Source: Octopus sinensis (taxonomy: Eukaryota). From it: a stretch of 64,000 nt of DNA. The stretch lies in NCBI RefSeq assembly GCF_006345805.1, contig NC_042997.1, positions 81,344,001 through 81,408,000 on the forward strand, written 5' to 3'. The notes under the pieces are model-generated. The model did not search any database. It was not told the origin of the DNA and was given only the letters and a program-made list of their open reading frames with translations. The position numbers and the translations under genes are program-made. The first letter of the stretch is position 1, and every line of letters starts with the position of its first letter. Shown one piece after another: positions 26,382 to 37,949 of this stretch.

Positions 26382-27590
26382 CTGTCAATAATTCCAAGAT
26401 AGTGGCTAATGAGGAAAAAGTAAGATATGCCAAAAGCAGCAGCAGCAGCAACAACAAGAGCTGTTCATATGCAGTCATCATTGCTGTTGGTGGTCAGCTT
26501 AATAAAGTGCTGGCAACAGCAAATTGTTGACATAGAAATGTTGGCTTGTTCTGCCAGTGGCACTTAGCTGTCTGTCCATGTGTGTGTTTGCCAGCCCTGC
26601 CACATCTCCTGCAATATTTCTGCTCTCTTCCTACATCCAATCTGCCTCTTCATCTTTTCTTCTTTTACCTTTTGTCTATACTTTTATTTTAAAAACTATT
26701 GATGACAGAGAGCGTGTAGATGTGAGCTATTTATATAAGGGTGACTTCATTGTTCTGACAGTGGAAACTGCAGCTGGCATTAACATCTTTAATCTCTCCC
26801 TTCTCTTTTTCTTCCCCATATCTGAAGCATTATGGCTATCACAGCTTGCTGCTTGTCCTAAACATAGTTACCAAGATTGTAACAACTTTATTTCTCTGTG
26901 GATATACCAAAAAGATAACTGAAAATAAATATCTAAGCCACAGTAAATACAACTGTTACCACCACTACAATCACATTGATTGCTGTTATTCACTGTCAAA
27001 AAAAAGGTACACACCACACACACACACACACACAAACATGCATACATGTAAAGGTTTTTAACATACATCTATATTGAGAAAAAAAGCACAAATATTGTTA
27101 TGTACACAATTTACATCCACACATATGAAACAAGTCTTTTGTTCATAAAAATCTGCAAAAATACACTGAAATTGTAATTGCTCTTTGCATACAGAAAAAG
27201 AAGACACACATCGTTTTAAATATATTTTTTTAAAGATCTTAAGGCAATTGATGTGTTTTACACATTGTAGTTTGTCTACTTTCTTGCTCTTGTATATTGC
27301 CTCTTGTCTACTATTCTCTACCGTCCACCAACACATTCTAGATCAATTTCTCCTTTCATCTATTTAGTTGTACTCTTTGGTGGTGATGGTGATGATGGCA
27401 CATCTTTTAGCTGTCTCACATTTTTTCAAATTTACTGAAAACATTAATAGCAATAGGAAAACCGTACACCAATTTGGTTCTTGAGCAACTTCTGAAGACA
27501 GCTAGCTTTGTGTAGGACTAGTGACCAGTCATTTCAATTGGCACTGACAATTTGCTGTACTTTAGTCCCCCCTCTCTTGTAAAACCCTCA
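26382..27590 (+). other. Presumed USP7 3' UTR carried with the retrocopy
   Basis: Unique non-coding sequence running from the USP7 stop to the second PLE arm. No poly(A) at the junction. Identity as UTR is inferred. Confidence 0.55.
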
Positions 27591-28683
27591 CTAAAACCGA
27601 TCTAAAAGTAAATATAACACCTTCAAAAGTAATTACGCTATGAATACTAGTAAAAATATTTGGTTAATAATTCTTTACGGGAGACAAATTAAATCTAATC
27701 TCCCACTGCTGTTTCGTCAAGCTATTGCTAGGAATTTTCCAAATAATTCTAGATATTACTCTATAATTAATTCACTAAAGTTAGGATAGGTTTTTCAACA
27801 CAAAAAATCTCTTGCAAATTATATCTTCTCATAATACAAACTGTTAAATATTAATACATTTACTAATACTAACATTAATTTAGCTACTACCATCCAACCC
27901 TCTAGAAATATTAATAACAAGGTTATTGTATCTGAAGTCAATCCCAATAGAATTAAATTTATGTCAAGTAACTCTAAGATTAAAAATTCTATATACCAGT
28001 GTATAATCAGTACTCGTAATAAAGTACAATTTTACATTGGAAGCACATCGTTAGAGTTATCTAAGAGAATTTCTATCCATTACTCAACATTTAGGGATAG
28101 AAATAAACGGAATAGTACCGGTCTCAGCAAACTGATTTGGAATTTAAAAGACCACAATGAACAATTTCATTTGGAATGGTTGATCCTCTCAATTCGATAC
28201 CATATGACAAGGCAAGAAATTCTGTCTTCTCTGCAATTCTGAGCTATTTTTTCATTTTTTTTCTAAAATACTCTAGTAAACACGGTTATAGAACGAGCAT
28301 ACAGATGTAAGCATTGGCAAAAACATACTTTTAGTGCATATAAGTAGTCTCTATCATTATATATAGTTTAGACTTTAATTTCCTTTATATTTAACATTCA
28401 CTATTAATATCCCTACTCTTTCTGTTAGCTACTTATGACGTTATATCATATAACGTTTTTTTAAACAAATTAATAGCGTTCTGTCTATCGCTATACGAAT
28501 CCATCATTTTTTGCTAAAATGTCGTATTGACAAGTTTCGTTTTTTCCCTTTCCCGAAGAGAAGATTGCATTGTTTATACCTTTTATTCTTTGAATAAGTA
28601 TCAGTGGAATTTTTGAAACAACATTGTAGAAAGAAAAAATACTTGTTTAAATAACCTGCGTTAACTCCATTTTTTATTCCTAT
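27590..28683 (+). mobile_element. Penelope-like element, right arm: linker, GIY-YIG endonuclease and tail; inverted copy of the left arm
   Basis: 27650-28683 is the reverse complement of 24457-25493. Over the ~600 bp I aligned base by base there is one substitution and several 1-bp deletions. It ends at (TA)n. Confidence 0.9.
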
Positions 28684-28999
28684 ATATATATATATATTAT
28701 TATATATTATATACATATATATACACACATACAAACGCATATCTGTGTGTTTTATAAATATATATAGGTATAAAATATTCAGGCAGGTACTGAACTTATG
28801 ATCTGGGTTCTGGCTAACCACATCAAGTTGTAAGGAGCACTTAAGATTGCTTAAGGTGGCAATCCCACTGTAATTCAGCTGATGGGTAAATCTTGGGTTT
28901 GCTTCATTGGATTACAAATATTTTACTGGGTGTGTATCCAAGATAGTTACAATAAATATGGAGAGTAGTACATCTGTATATTTTCTATTTCTATTTCAA

Positions 29000-29450
29000 T
29001 TATACAGCATAAGTGGTTGAATTTCTCTGTATGTTTCTGTTTCATAGAAAACTAGCAACTGCACTTGCATCCAGCTACTTTTGACTTGTTACCAGTCTAT
29101 GCAACTTTATTCAAGGTCCATCCACTACCAAGTGTTTGTAGGCTTGGCTAACATTATTTTTCTAGATTACTCTAGTTTTTGAGTTTATCCTGGACAGGTA
29201 ATGCCCTCTTCCTTACCTACTGTAGCATCACCAGGCCAGAGCTTTTGAAAATCATACATAATGCCCAACCTGAAAGTCTTCTGAAAGAGACAACTCTTGC
29301 TGTCCTCAGAATAATTCTCAGGCCATCATTGCTCATATACTCCAATATATCTCTTACAGAATTTGAGAGTTGATGTTCCATTGATTGCATGGTTTTTTCC
29401 ACTTATTCAACTGGTAGGTTATAGTGATCTTAATTGTGACATGCTGACTT
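29000..29450 (-). mobile_element. Highly degenerate LINE (RTE-like) C-terminal relic
   Basis: RDILEYMSNDGLRIILRTARVVSFRRLSGWALCMI weakly resembles the RRLRWAGHV.RM region. Confidence 0.3.
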
Positions 29451-29559
29451 TGTGAAAAGATTTTTTAAAATGCCACATATTTTATTTAACATGTCAATAA
29501 TCTGGAGTTTTAGGCTAGTTTTCTTTTCTGTTGACCATCCATAAGACAATATTAATTGT

Positions 29560-29740
29560 TTCTATCATAGACACAAGGTCTGAAAAATTAGGGAGAATGG
29601 TTAGTCAATTAAATCTATTCCAGTACTTGACTGGTACTCTATTTTATCAACCCTGGAAGAATGGAAGGTGAAGTTTTATAATTCAGAATGTAAAGAACTA
29701 GAACAAATACTACAGATAATTTCTCAGATAATCTTTTCCC

Positions 29741-29791
<51 letters not shown>

Positions 29792-30182
29792 TTCTATTTA
29801 GGCACAAAGCCTGAACATTTGTGAAATTACATTGACTCTAGGGCTCAAAAGAATAAAAGGCAAAGTTGCCCTCGGCAGAATTTGAACACAGAATGTGAAG
29901 ACAGACAGAATGCTGCTAAGCATTTTGTCCAACATACTAATGATTCTGCCAGTTTGCCACCATAATAATGATGATTTCAAATTTTTGCCACAAGAACAGC
30001 TTGTGGGAGGGAATTAAGTCGATTATATTAACCCCAGTGTGTAACTGGTACTTATTAAATCAACCCCAAAAAGATGAAAGGCAAAGTCAACCTCAGTGGA
30101 ATTTGAACTCAAAACATAGCGATGGGTGAAATACTGCTAAGCATTTCGCCCAGCATACTAATGATTCTGCTAGCTCATTGCC

Positions 30183-30261
<79 letters not shown>

Positions 30262-30620
30262 TGATGATAATGGTTTCAAATTTTGGTACAAGACCAGCAA
30301 TTTAGAGGAAGGGGAAAGTCAATTACATTAACCCCAGTACTTGACTAGTATTCTATTTTGTTGATTCCAAAAGGATGAAAGGCAAAATCAACCTTAGTGG
30401 AATTTGAACTCTGAACATAAAGAGCTAGAAAAAATTCTGCCGAGCATTTTGTCTACCATGCTAACAGTTTTGATAGCTTACCAACTTGATGATGATAGTG
30501 GATAGTAATCCTTTCTAATTTTGGCATATAGCCAGCAATGTTTGGGGGAGGGGCAAGTGAATTACATCAACTCTAGTGTTTGACTTGTACTTTATTTTGC
30601 CAACCCTGAAAGGCAAAGTT
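29560..30620 (-). mobile_element. Cluster of family B SINE copies separated by (AAT)n tails
   Basis: Repeated aaaggcaaagt..gaatttgaac..gctaagcatt blocks at ~29.65, 29.85, 30.07, 30.37 and 30.6 kb. Confidence 0.75.
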
Positions 30621-31290
30621 GATCCTGAATTGTGAAAGGAAAGAGCCATCACTGAATAACACAAGTAACTTTTTTACCAACACTGTAACATTTGTGCCAA
30701 TCCCAAATTCTCAATTATAACAATGATAATGGAACAAAAAATAGAAGCATTCTTGGCAATGACATAAAGAACATTTCATTTCATTTCCTTTTTAGTTTGG
30801 TTGATTTATTAACCTCTCAACTACAATTTATTTTTGGTACCTTCAAAAGAGCAAACAGATATCAATGCTAGAGCATAGGGGTGTAGAGAATGTCTTCTCT
30901 TTTCACCTTTCCATTACAAAATGTTTACTAGTTTTCTCAAGTGTTAACAGACAAAAGGGACTGAGAAAGGAAATAAAGGGGAAAAAGATAAAAATATTTG
31001 GCTTTATTTTTATTATTATTTGTTTGATTTTTATTAATGAAGCAGCAATAGGTATAAATTTTCTTTCCTAGCTTCTTCTCTCTGCTTATAATTAGCATTC
31101 GGTAGATCACATGGTATTTCCTCCAAAAAATAAATGTTGGTATTTTTGCTTTTATTTCTTTTTTGAATTTTTAGCATTAGAAATTTTACTTTGGGAGTTA
31201 GTGGTGGGTAGCAGGATGAATGTGTATTGTGATTGGATGTGGCTGATAACAGGAAAAAAAAATACAACAAAAATCTCCCAAAAATATAAC

Positions 31291-31321
<31 letters not shown>

Positions 31322-31889
31322 AAAGCAGGAAGTCTGGAGAAAAAAATGTGAAAAAAATAGTAATGTTAGTCAGAGAGAGATGTTCAGTTAAGTTGTATTA
31401 GATCTCTAATATGTTGTATTATTCTAACTTAAGCTTAAAACACATCCAAATTGTAAATCAGGAACATTCTTGCAAATTCAAATAAAAATTCTTCCACTTG
31501 TAGTTCGAATCAAGGTATTTGTTTTCTCCTTTATTTATATACTGTATCCAAGAATCAGGAAAGAATCAGTTTATTCTTTATATCTTCCTATCTTATCGTC
31601 ACCATCATCACCATTATTTATTTCTTCTTCTTTCCCTTGCTCCTCCTTTCTTTTTTCCTCCTTTTTTATTTGCCTATTCTTTTCTTCTACCTCCTCCTCA
31701 CCACCAACCCCACTATCATCACCATAATCATCAATATTTCCAGAACTGCAGAATTCTGGAACTCCTTTGCAACCCATGCTTCCCATACAGCTATCAATCT
31801 ACTAAATTTCCAACTAATCCTCAGCAGTGCTTCACCATTTTGAAAAGGTTTACAAAAACTTTCAATATAATTTTATCTTTTATCTTTTA

Positions 31890-32200
31890 CTTGTTTCAGC
31901 CATTAGACTGCAGTCATGCTGGGGTACCACCTTTGAATTTTGTTAGTTCAATGAATCAACCTCAGCCCCAGTATTTTTTCTAAAGCCTGCTATTTATTCT
32001 ACTGGTCTCTTTTACTGAACTGCTAAGTTACAGGGATGTAACACACTAACTCCGGTTGTCAAATAGTATTGGGAGACAAACAAAGACACACACACATGAT
32101 GGGCTTCTTTCAGTTTTTGTCTACCAAAGTGCCACCCAGTGGGACTGAACCTGGAACCATGTGATTGGGAAGAAGCTTCTTACCACACAGCCATGCCTTA
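31890..32200 (-). mobile_element. SINE (family A)
   Basis: tttcagccattagactgc..actgctaagttacagg..gggactgaacctggaaccatg. Confidence 0.7.
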
Positions 32201-32949
32201 TATTTTTTATTAAAAGAAAAAGACACAATTTTTTTTTCTTTTATAAAATGACAACTATAACAAGAGTTCTGGATCCTTGTAAGATATTGCCCATGTCTTA
32301 GGGTTTACTATAAACCATACTCATTTCTGTTGACCTGAAACCCTTTTCCACTATAGTCTTTGATGATCCTGTTCAGACGAATAAAAAGTTTCTGCATAGT
32401 TGTTTGAGCTGCAAAATATTCTTGAACAAATACACTATCTTCTTTACAATAGGATTATGCTCATATGAAGTATTAAACTCAGCTCTGCAAATCAATGAAT
32501 TGCTCTTCAATTTTACAGTGCTGCTACTACTTATAATAGCAAGTTTTTCCTGCTCTGTTACACCCATTTACCTTTTGAGAGTGGAATATATGGCTGTGTG
32601 GTAAGAAGTTTGCTTCTCAACCAACTAGTTTCTAGTTCAGTCCCACAGTATAGGAAATATGTTCTGTAGCCCCAGGTCAGCCAAAGCCTTATGAGAGGAT
32701 TGTGTTTTCCCCCACCCCACCCTGTTGCTTTATGTTCCTGTGACTCAGTGGTTTGGCAAAAGAGACTGATTGAATAAGCATAAGACTTTATTAAAAATTT
32801 TTTAAGTTTACATTATTTACATTTGACGGATATTTGTCCTAATCTTGTTTGTTGTTAACACAACGTTTTGGCTGATATACCCTCCAGTCTTCTTCAGGTG
32901 TCTTGGGGAAATTTCGAACCTAGGTTCTCATTCCTAAGGTATTTTTTGA

Positions 32950-33480
32950 TGTTGTTATTATTTGTAGTATTGTAGTAGACTGGCTCCTGTGCAGGTGGCA
33001 CATAAAAAGCACCATTTGAGCATGGCCATTGCTAGTACCACCTGACTGGCCCTCGTGCCAGTGGCACACTCTCAGAGTGGTTGGCATTAGGAAGGGCATC
33101 CAGCTGTAGAAGCTCTGCCAGATCAGATTGGAGCTTGGTGCAGCCATCTGGTTCGCCAGACCTCAGTCAAATCATCCAACCCATGCTAGCATAGAAAGTG
33201 GACGTTAAATGATGATGATGATGATGATATATAATAATAATGATAATAAAAGTATTAGGGAATATTATTCCAAACTTATAGGAAAAATTCAATTTAGTAA
33301 TACTAAATCAAATTTCACAATATATAATTGGCGTTAGGAAGGGCCTCCAGCTGTAGAAACTCTGCCAAATCAAGATTGGAGCCTGGTGCAGCAATCTGGT
33401 TCACCAGCCCTCAATCAAAATCGTCCAACCCATGCTAGCATGGAAAGCGGACGTTAATCGATGATGATGATGATGATAAT
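32950..33480 (+). mobile_element. Two tandem RTE-tail repeats ending in (GAT)n
   Basis: ggcattaggaagggcatccagctgtagaa..ccaacccatgctagcat..gacgttaa.(gat)n occurs twice. Confidence 0.75.
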
Positions 33481-33491
33481 ATATGTATATT

Positions 33492-33793
33492 AATTAGAGA
33501 AGAACCACCTTTAATCAATTCAACAATGAGATATCAATGATATAATTAAATTATACCATACAGAAAAAATTAGATATACAATAAAAACAAATACCAATGA
33601 AGTAAAGTATAAAATAATAAATATAATGTATATAATTGGTAAAAGAACAATTATATACTTTTTATTTATTATTTTATACTTTACTTAATTATTGGTGTAT
33701 AATTATTGGTATATATTTTTTTAATATGGCATAATTTAATTATATCATTGATATTTCATTCTTGAATTCATAAAAGGTGGTTTTTCTCTAATT
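33492..33793. repeat. ~300-bp AT-rich fold-back palindrome
   Basis: aattagagaagaaccaccttt..gatatcaatgatataattaaattat pairs with ataatttaattatatcattgatat..aaaggtgg..ttctctaatt; loop at 33639-33647. Confidence 0.85.
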
Positions 33794-33825
33794 TATATAT
33801 ATATGTATGTTTGTATGTATGTATG

Positions 33826-33885
<60 letters not shown>

Positions 33886-34110
33886 CAATCAATATAAGGG
33901 TAACAGAAAATTCAAGAAAAATTTTCTGCCACCAGCGGTCAAGTGAGAAAATAGAAATAGTCACAGACTATATAATACATTCAACAAAATATTAAGGAAT
34001 GACCCTGAGAAGGTCGTTCGACTCACTTGAAAAGAGCAACCAAACTCAAAACCGCAAAAATAGTAGTAATTCTGAAACTAGAGGAAAATAAAAACATTTA
34101 TCCCCTTCAA

Positions 34111-34206
34111 ACTTTGTACCCTGCAAGGTTTCAACATCTTCACGCAATCAAATTTAATTAAATTAAATTAAATCCGTTTACGCTTGGCTTGTCTCGTCAG
34201 CAAAGT
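34111..34206 (-). ncRNA. Type I hammerhead ribozyme with complete core and long stem II insertion
   Basis: Minus strand reads actttg-CTGACGA-gaca-(~55-nt hairpin)-tgtt-GAAA-ccttgcagg-GTA-caaagt. Stem I is 6 bp perfect; stem III is A-U, C-G, C-G, U-G with a palindromic tgca loop. Confidence 0.75.
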
Positions 34207-34441
34207 CACCAAAATAGGAGGCAGATATATATACACGAGGCTACACCATCTAAGCCTCGGGCCTATATATCCTAATTTTCGAATTCACCGTAATCGCGCC
34301 ATCTACTCAGCAGCAAATATAAACTGCTGATACAAATTTCAGAATTAGTCAAAAATTGTACTCATTATATATATATATATATTTAACGGCGGTGCATCAG
34401 CATGGCCGCAGCTCTGAGCTGAAACTAGAGAAAAAAAAAAA

Positions 34442-34486
<45 letters not shown>

Positions 34487-34690
34487 GTGTATATATATAT
34501 AATGTATATATGTATATATATATGTTTATATATATATAATGTGTATATATATCATGTATGTATATATATATATATTATGTTTATATATATAATGTGTATA
34601 TATATCATGTATGTATAAATATATATTATGTGTATATATTATGTATGTATGTATATATATATATATTATGTGTATATATATATATATGTG

Positions 34691-34725
<35 letters not shown>

Positions 34726-34731
<6 letters not shown>

Positions 34732-35460
34732 TAATAAATAAAATATATGCATACATACAAACATATATGTCCCTAGTTCAACTCCAGTGTGTTTCGAAGG
34801 TGAGGACAGAACACGTCTCGTCGAACTAGTCCTTCCTGCGAAAGAATTAAATAAAATTTCTTTGCAGAGGGGTAAAAAAAAAAAATTTTCCTCGTCTAGG
34901 CTTATAGGCCCTCATTATTTGTTTCCCTGTCCGGTTTCTACCCCTTCTTGTACTGTATTTTTTGTAATTGCATTTTTATTTTGTATTTGTTTTTAATTGC
35001 ATTGTTTTTACGTCCCGTTTTTGTCACATTTTTTTTCCTTGTTTTTACCTCTCTGCAAAGGAATTTTATTTAATTCTTTCACAGGAAGGACTAGTTTGAC
35101 GAGACATGTTCTGTCCTCACCTTCGAAACACGCTGGAGTTGAACTAGGGACAGCTGATGAAGGGGATTTTTCCTTGTGTAGTTGTCTTGTACTCTGTTTT
35201 TTCGTTGTTAAAAAAATGGTCCGTTCCATGCCGTTTTTACATTTTCGTTTCTCGTTGAGTTCTACGTCTATTTGTGGTGTCCTGTACACACGTATATATA
35301 TTTATATATGCATGTATATATACATGTAGATGTATGTACGTACATATATGTTTGTATGTATGCATATATTTTATTTATTACACTATTGTATGACTGAGCG
35401 CCCTCGCGTCGATTCGATTCGTTTGGTTTCATTTCGTTTCTTCTTCTCTAAGCTGGTTTT
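34726..35460 (+). mobile_element. Non-coding PLE-like repeat (family 1) with a 5' inverted partial copy
   Basis: 34726-34877 is the inverse of 35042-35150 fused to 35342-35386. The body is homologous to 40370-40935 and 39461-39960. Embedded in (TA)n. Confidence 0.7.
35091..35165 (+). ncRNA. Putative non-circularly permuted hammerhead (family 1)
   Basis: Order: ctagttt..atGTT^ctgtcc..ccttc-GAAAC-ac..gaactag-ggacag-CTGATGA-agggg. Confidence 0.55.
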
Positions 35461-35462
35461 TA

Positions 35463-35514
<52 letters not shown>

Positions 35515-35583
35515 GGAGTAAGCACATAAATGAGAAACAGGGTGGAAAAAAAAGTACTCAAATGCCAGAGGTAGAGTAATATG

Positions 35584-35714
35584 CTTTATTCAAAAGCAGC
35601 AGAAATATAACAAAAGATGTTACTCAGAGTTTTATGTTCCCGTTCGTCAGGATGAACGGGAGCATGAAACTCTGAGTAACAGCTTTTGTTATATTCTGCT
35701 GCTTTTAAATAAAG
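35584..35714. repeat. 131-bp hairpin formed by two head-to-head halves of a minimal type I hammerhead
   Basis: Near-perfect palindrome centred at 35649-35650. One arm keeps CTGACGA (minus strand); the other keeps GAAAC-tctga-GTA-acag. Confidence 0.75.
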
Positions 35715-35777
35715 TATATATATATATATATTATGTGTATATATATTATGTTTATGCATATATATATTATGTATATA

Positions 35778-35824
<47 letters not shown>

Positions 35825-36108
35825 GTTTATGCATATATATATATTATGTATAAATATATATAGATATGTGTATGTATGTATATATATATATATATTTGTA
35901 TGTATTTATATTATATATGTATATTATGTATATGTATATATATATATGTATTATGTGTATATATACAATGTATATGTATGTATATATTATATGTATATAT
36001 ATTAACTATTAATATATATATATACATATATATGTATATTATGTGTATATATATTATGTGTGTGTATATATATATATATATATTATGTGTATATATGTAT
36101 ATATATAT

Positions 36109-36155
<47 letters not shown>

Positions 36156-36237
36156 GGATAAATGTAAAAAAACACAAACTGGGACAAGAATGCAAAACAT
36201 TTAGAAGACGATACAAAAAAACGGACGGGACATTCAA

Positions 36238-36308
36238 AGCCTTCGATCTTCAGTCAAAAACCGGATCATCTTCGCAATTTCAGCTGATTAATTTTGAGAT
36301 TGCTCCAA
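36238..36308 (-). ncRNA. Putative non-circularly permuted hammerhead (family 2, copy A)
   Basis: Minus strand reads ttgga-gcaATC^tcaaaa-ttaatc-agct-GAAA-ttgc-gaagatga-tccgg-t-ttttga-CTGAAGA-tcgaa-ggct. Confidence 0.6.
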
Positions 36309-36935
36309 CCTGGCCAGCCCCAAAGGAAAATCTAAGCCAAGCGCATTAGATTCCTTGGTAGAAAGCCTCGAATGTATGCAAAACAAGGATGGGAACGAAT
36401 AAGAATACAAAAATACATAAAAATAATAATGATAACACGAATAAGAATACGAAAATACGTAAAAACAATAAAGATAATAATAATAATAACAAAAACAAGA
36501 CGTTACAGACAGGTGTCTTTTCAACAGGATGGGTGAACTTGAGCTGGCGCATTGAAAAATTGCCTAAAGGCGAAGAGAGAAATAAAATGTGTGTCTGGCC
36601 TATACGGCTGTTGATCACGAAAAGGCAGGACAGCAGTCCAAAGTTAGCGGGACAGAGGAAGAGAGAAAAAAGGGAACAAGGAACAAAGGAGGAGGAGGAG
36701 AAAGAGAGAGAGAGAGAAAGAGACGGGTCAAAGTGGGGTGCAAAGTGTGAAAGGCAGAGAAATGTAGGAGAGGGGGATAGAGAGAGACAGTGTTGTAGAG
36801 TCATACCATGTATTAGAGAAAAAATGTATTTCACACACAATATCAAAAAGGGGGTACGGGCGCCGCCATATAAAGGATAAATGTAAAAAAACACAAACTG
36901 GGACAAGAACGCAAAACATTTAGAAGACGATACAA

Positions 36936-37006
36936 AGCCTTCGATCTTCAGTCAAAAACCGGATCATCTTCGCAATTTCGGCTGATTAATTTTGAGATTG
37001 CTCCGA
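36936..37006 (-). ncRNA. Putative non-circularly permuted hammerhead (family 2, copy B)
   Basis: As copy A but with agcc-GAAA (canonical G10.1-C11.1) and tcgga/tccgg. Confidence 0.6.
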
Positions 37007-37066
37007 CCTGGTCAGCCCCAAAGGAAAATCTAAGCCAAACGCATTAGATTCCTTGGAAGAAAGCCT

Positions 37067-37450
37067 GGAGGCGCAATGGCCCAGTGGTTAGAGCAGCGAA
37101 CTCGCAGTCGTAGGATCGCAGTTTCGATTCCCAGTCCAGGCATTGTGTGTGTTTATTGATCGGAAACACCTAAAGCTCCACGAGGCTCCGGCAGGGGATG
37201 ATGGCGAACCCTGCTGTACTCTTTCACCACAACTTTCTCTCACTCTGTCTTCCTGTTTCTGTTGTACCTGTGTTTCAAAGGGCCAGCCTTGTCACAGTCT
37301 GTGTCACGCTGAATCTCCCCTGAGAACTACGTTAAAGGTACACATGTCTGTGGAGTACTCAGCTACTTGCACATTAATTTCACGAGCAGGCTGTTCTGTT
37401 CATCGGATCAACCAGATCCCTCGTCATCGTAACCAACGGAGTGCCAACCA
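37067..37450 (+). mobile_element. tRNA-derived SINE; duplicate at 38728-39112
   Basis: ggaggcgcaatggcccagtggttagag (A box) and gtttcgattcc (B box), ~380-bp body. Confidence 0.85.
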
Positions 37451-37747
37451 ACATATATATATATATTTGTATGTATTTATATTATATATGTATATTATGT
37501 GTATATATGTATATATATATATATATATTTGTATGTATTTATATTATATATGTATATTATGTATATGTATATATATATATGTATTATGTGTATATATACA
37601 ATGTATATGTATGTATATATTATATGTATATATATATTAACTATTAATATATATATATACATATATATATGTATATTATGTGTATATATATTATGTGTGT
37701 GTATATATATATATATATATTATGTGTATATATGTATATATATATTA

Positions 37748-37796
<49 letters not shown>

Positions 37797-37878
37797 GGAT
37801 AAATGTAAAAAAACACAAACTGGGACAAGAATGCAAAACATTTAGAAGACGATACAAAAAAACGGACGGGACATTCAA

Positions 37879-37949
37879 AGCCTTCGATCTTCAGTCAAAA
37901 ACCGGATCATCTTCGCAATTTCAGCTGATTAATTTTGAGATTGCTCCAA
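37879..37949 (-). ncRNA. Putative permuted hammerhead (family 2, copy A')
   Basis: Duplicate of 36238-36308. Confidence 0.6.

Larger units (their letters stand above)
36153..37066 (-). mobile_element. Non-coding retrozyme/PLE-like element (family 2) with ~200-bp direct repeats; second copy at 37794-38727
   Basis: Direct repeats at 36153-36365 and 36873-37066 each carry a hammerhead-like motif. No RT ORF. The 3' end abuts (TA)n. Confidence 0.65.

Noticed and set aside
29212-29402. Minus-strand ORF ending near a GTAAGG donor-like site
   Set aside because: No convincing acceptor; the peptide looks more like a decayed LINE C-terminus.
34290-34310. YY1-like cgccatct motif as a gene promoter
   Set aside because: A single short motif inside a microsatellite-bounded block that also carries a hammerhead; a repeat origin is more likely.
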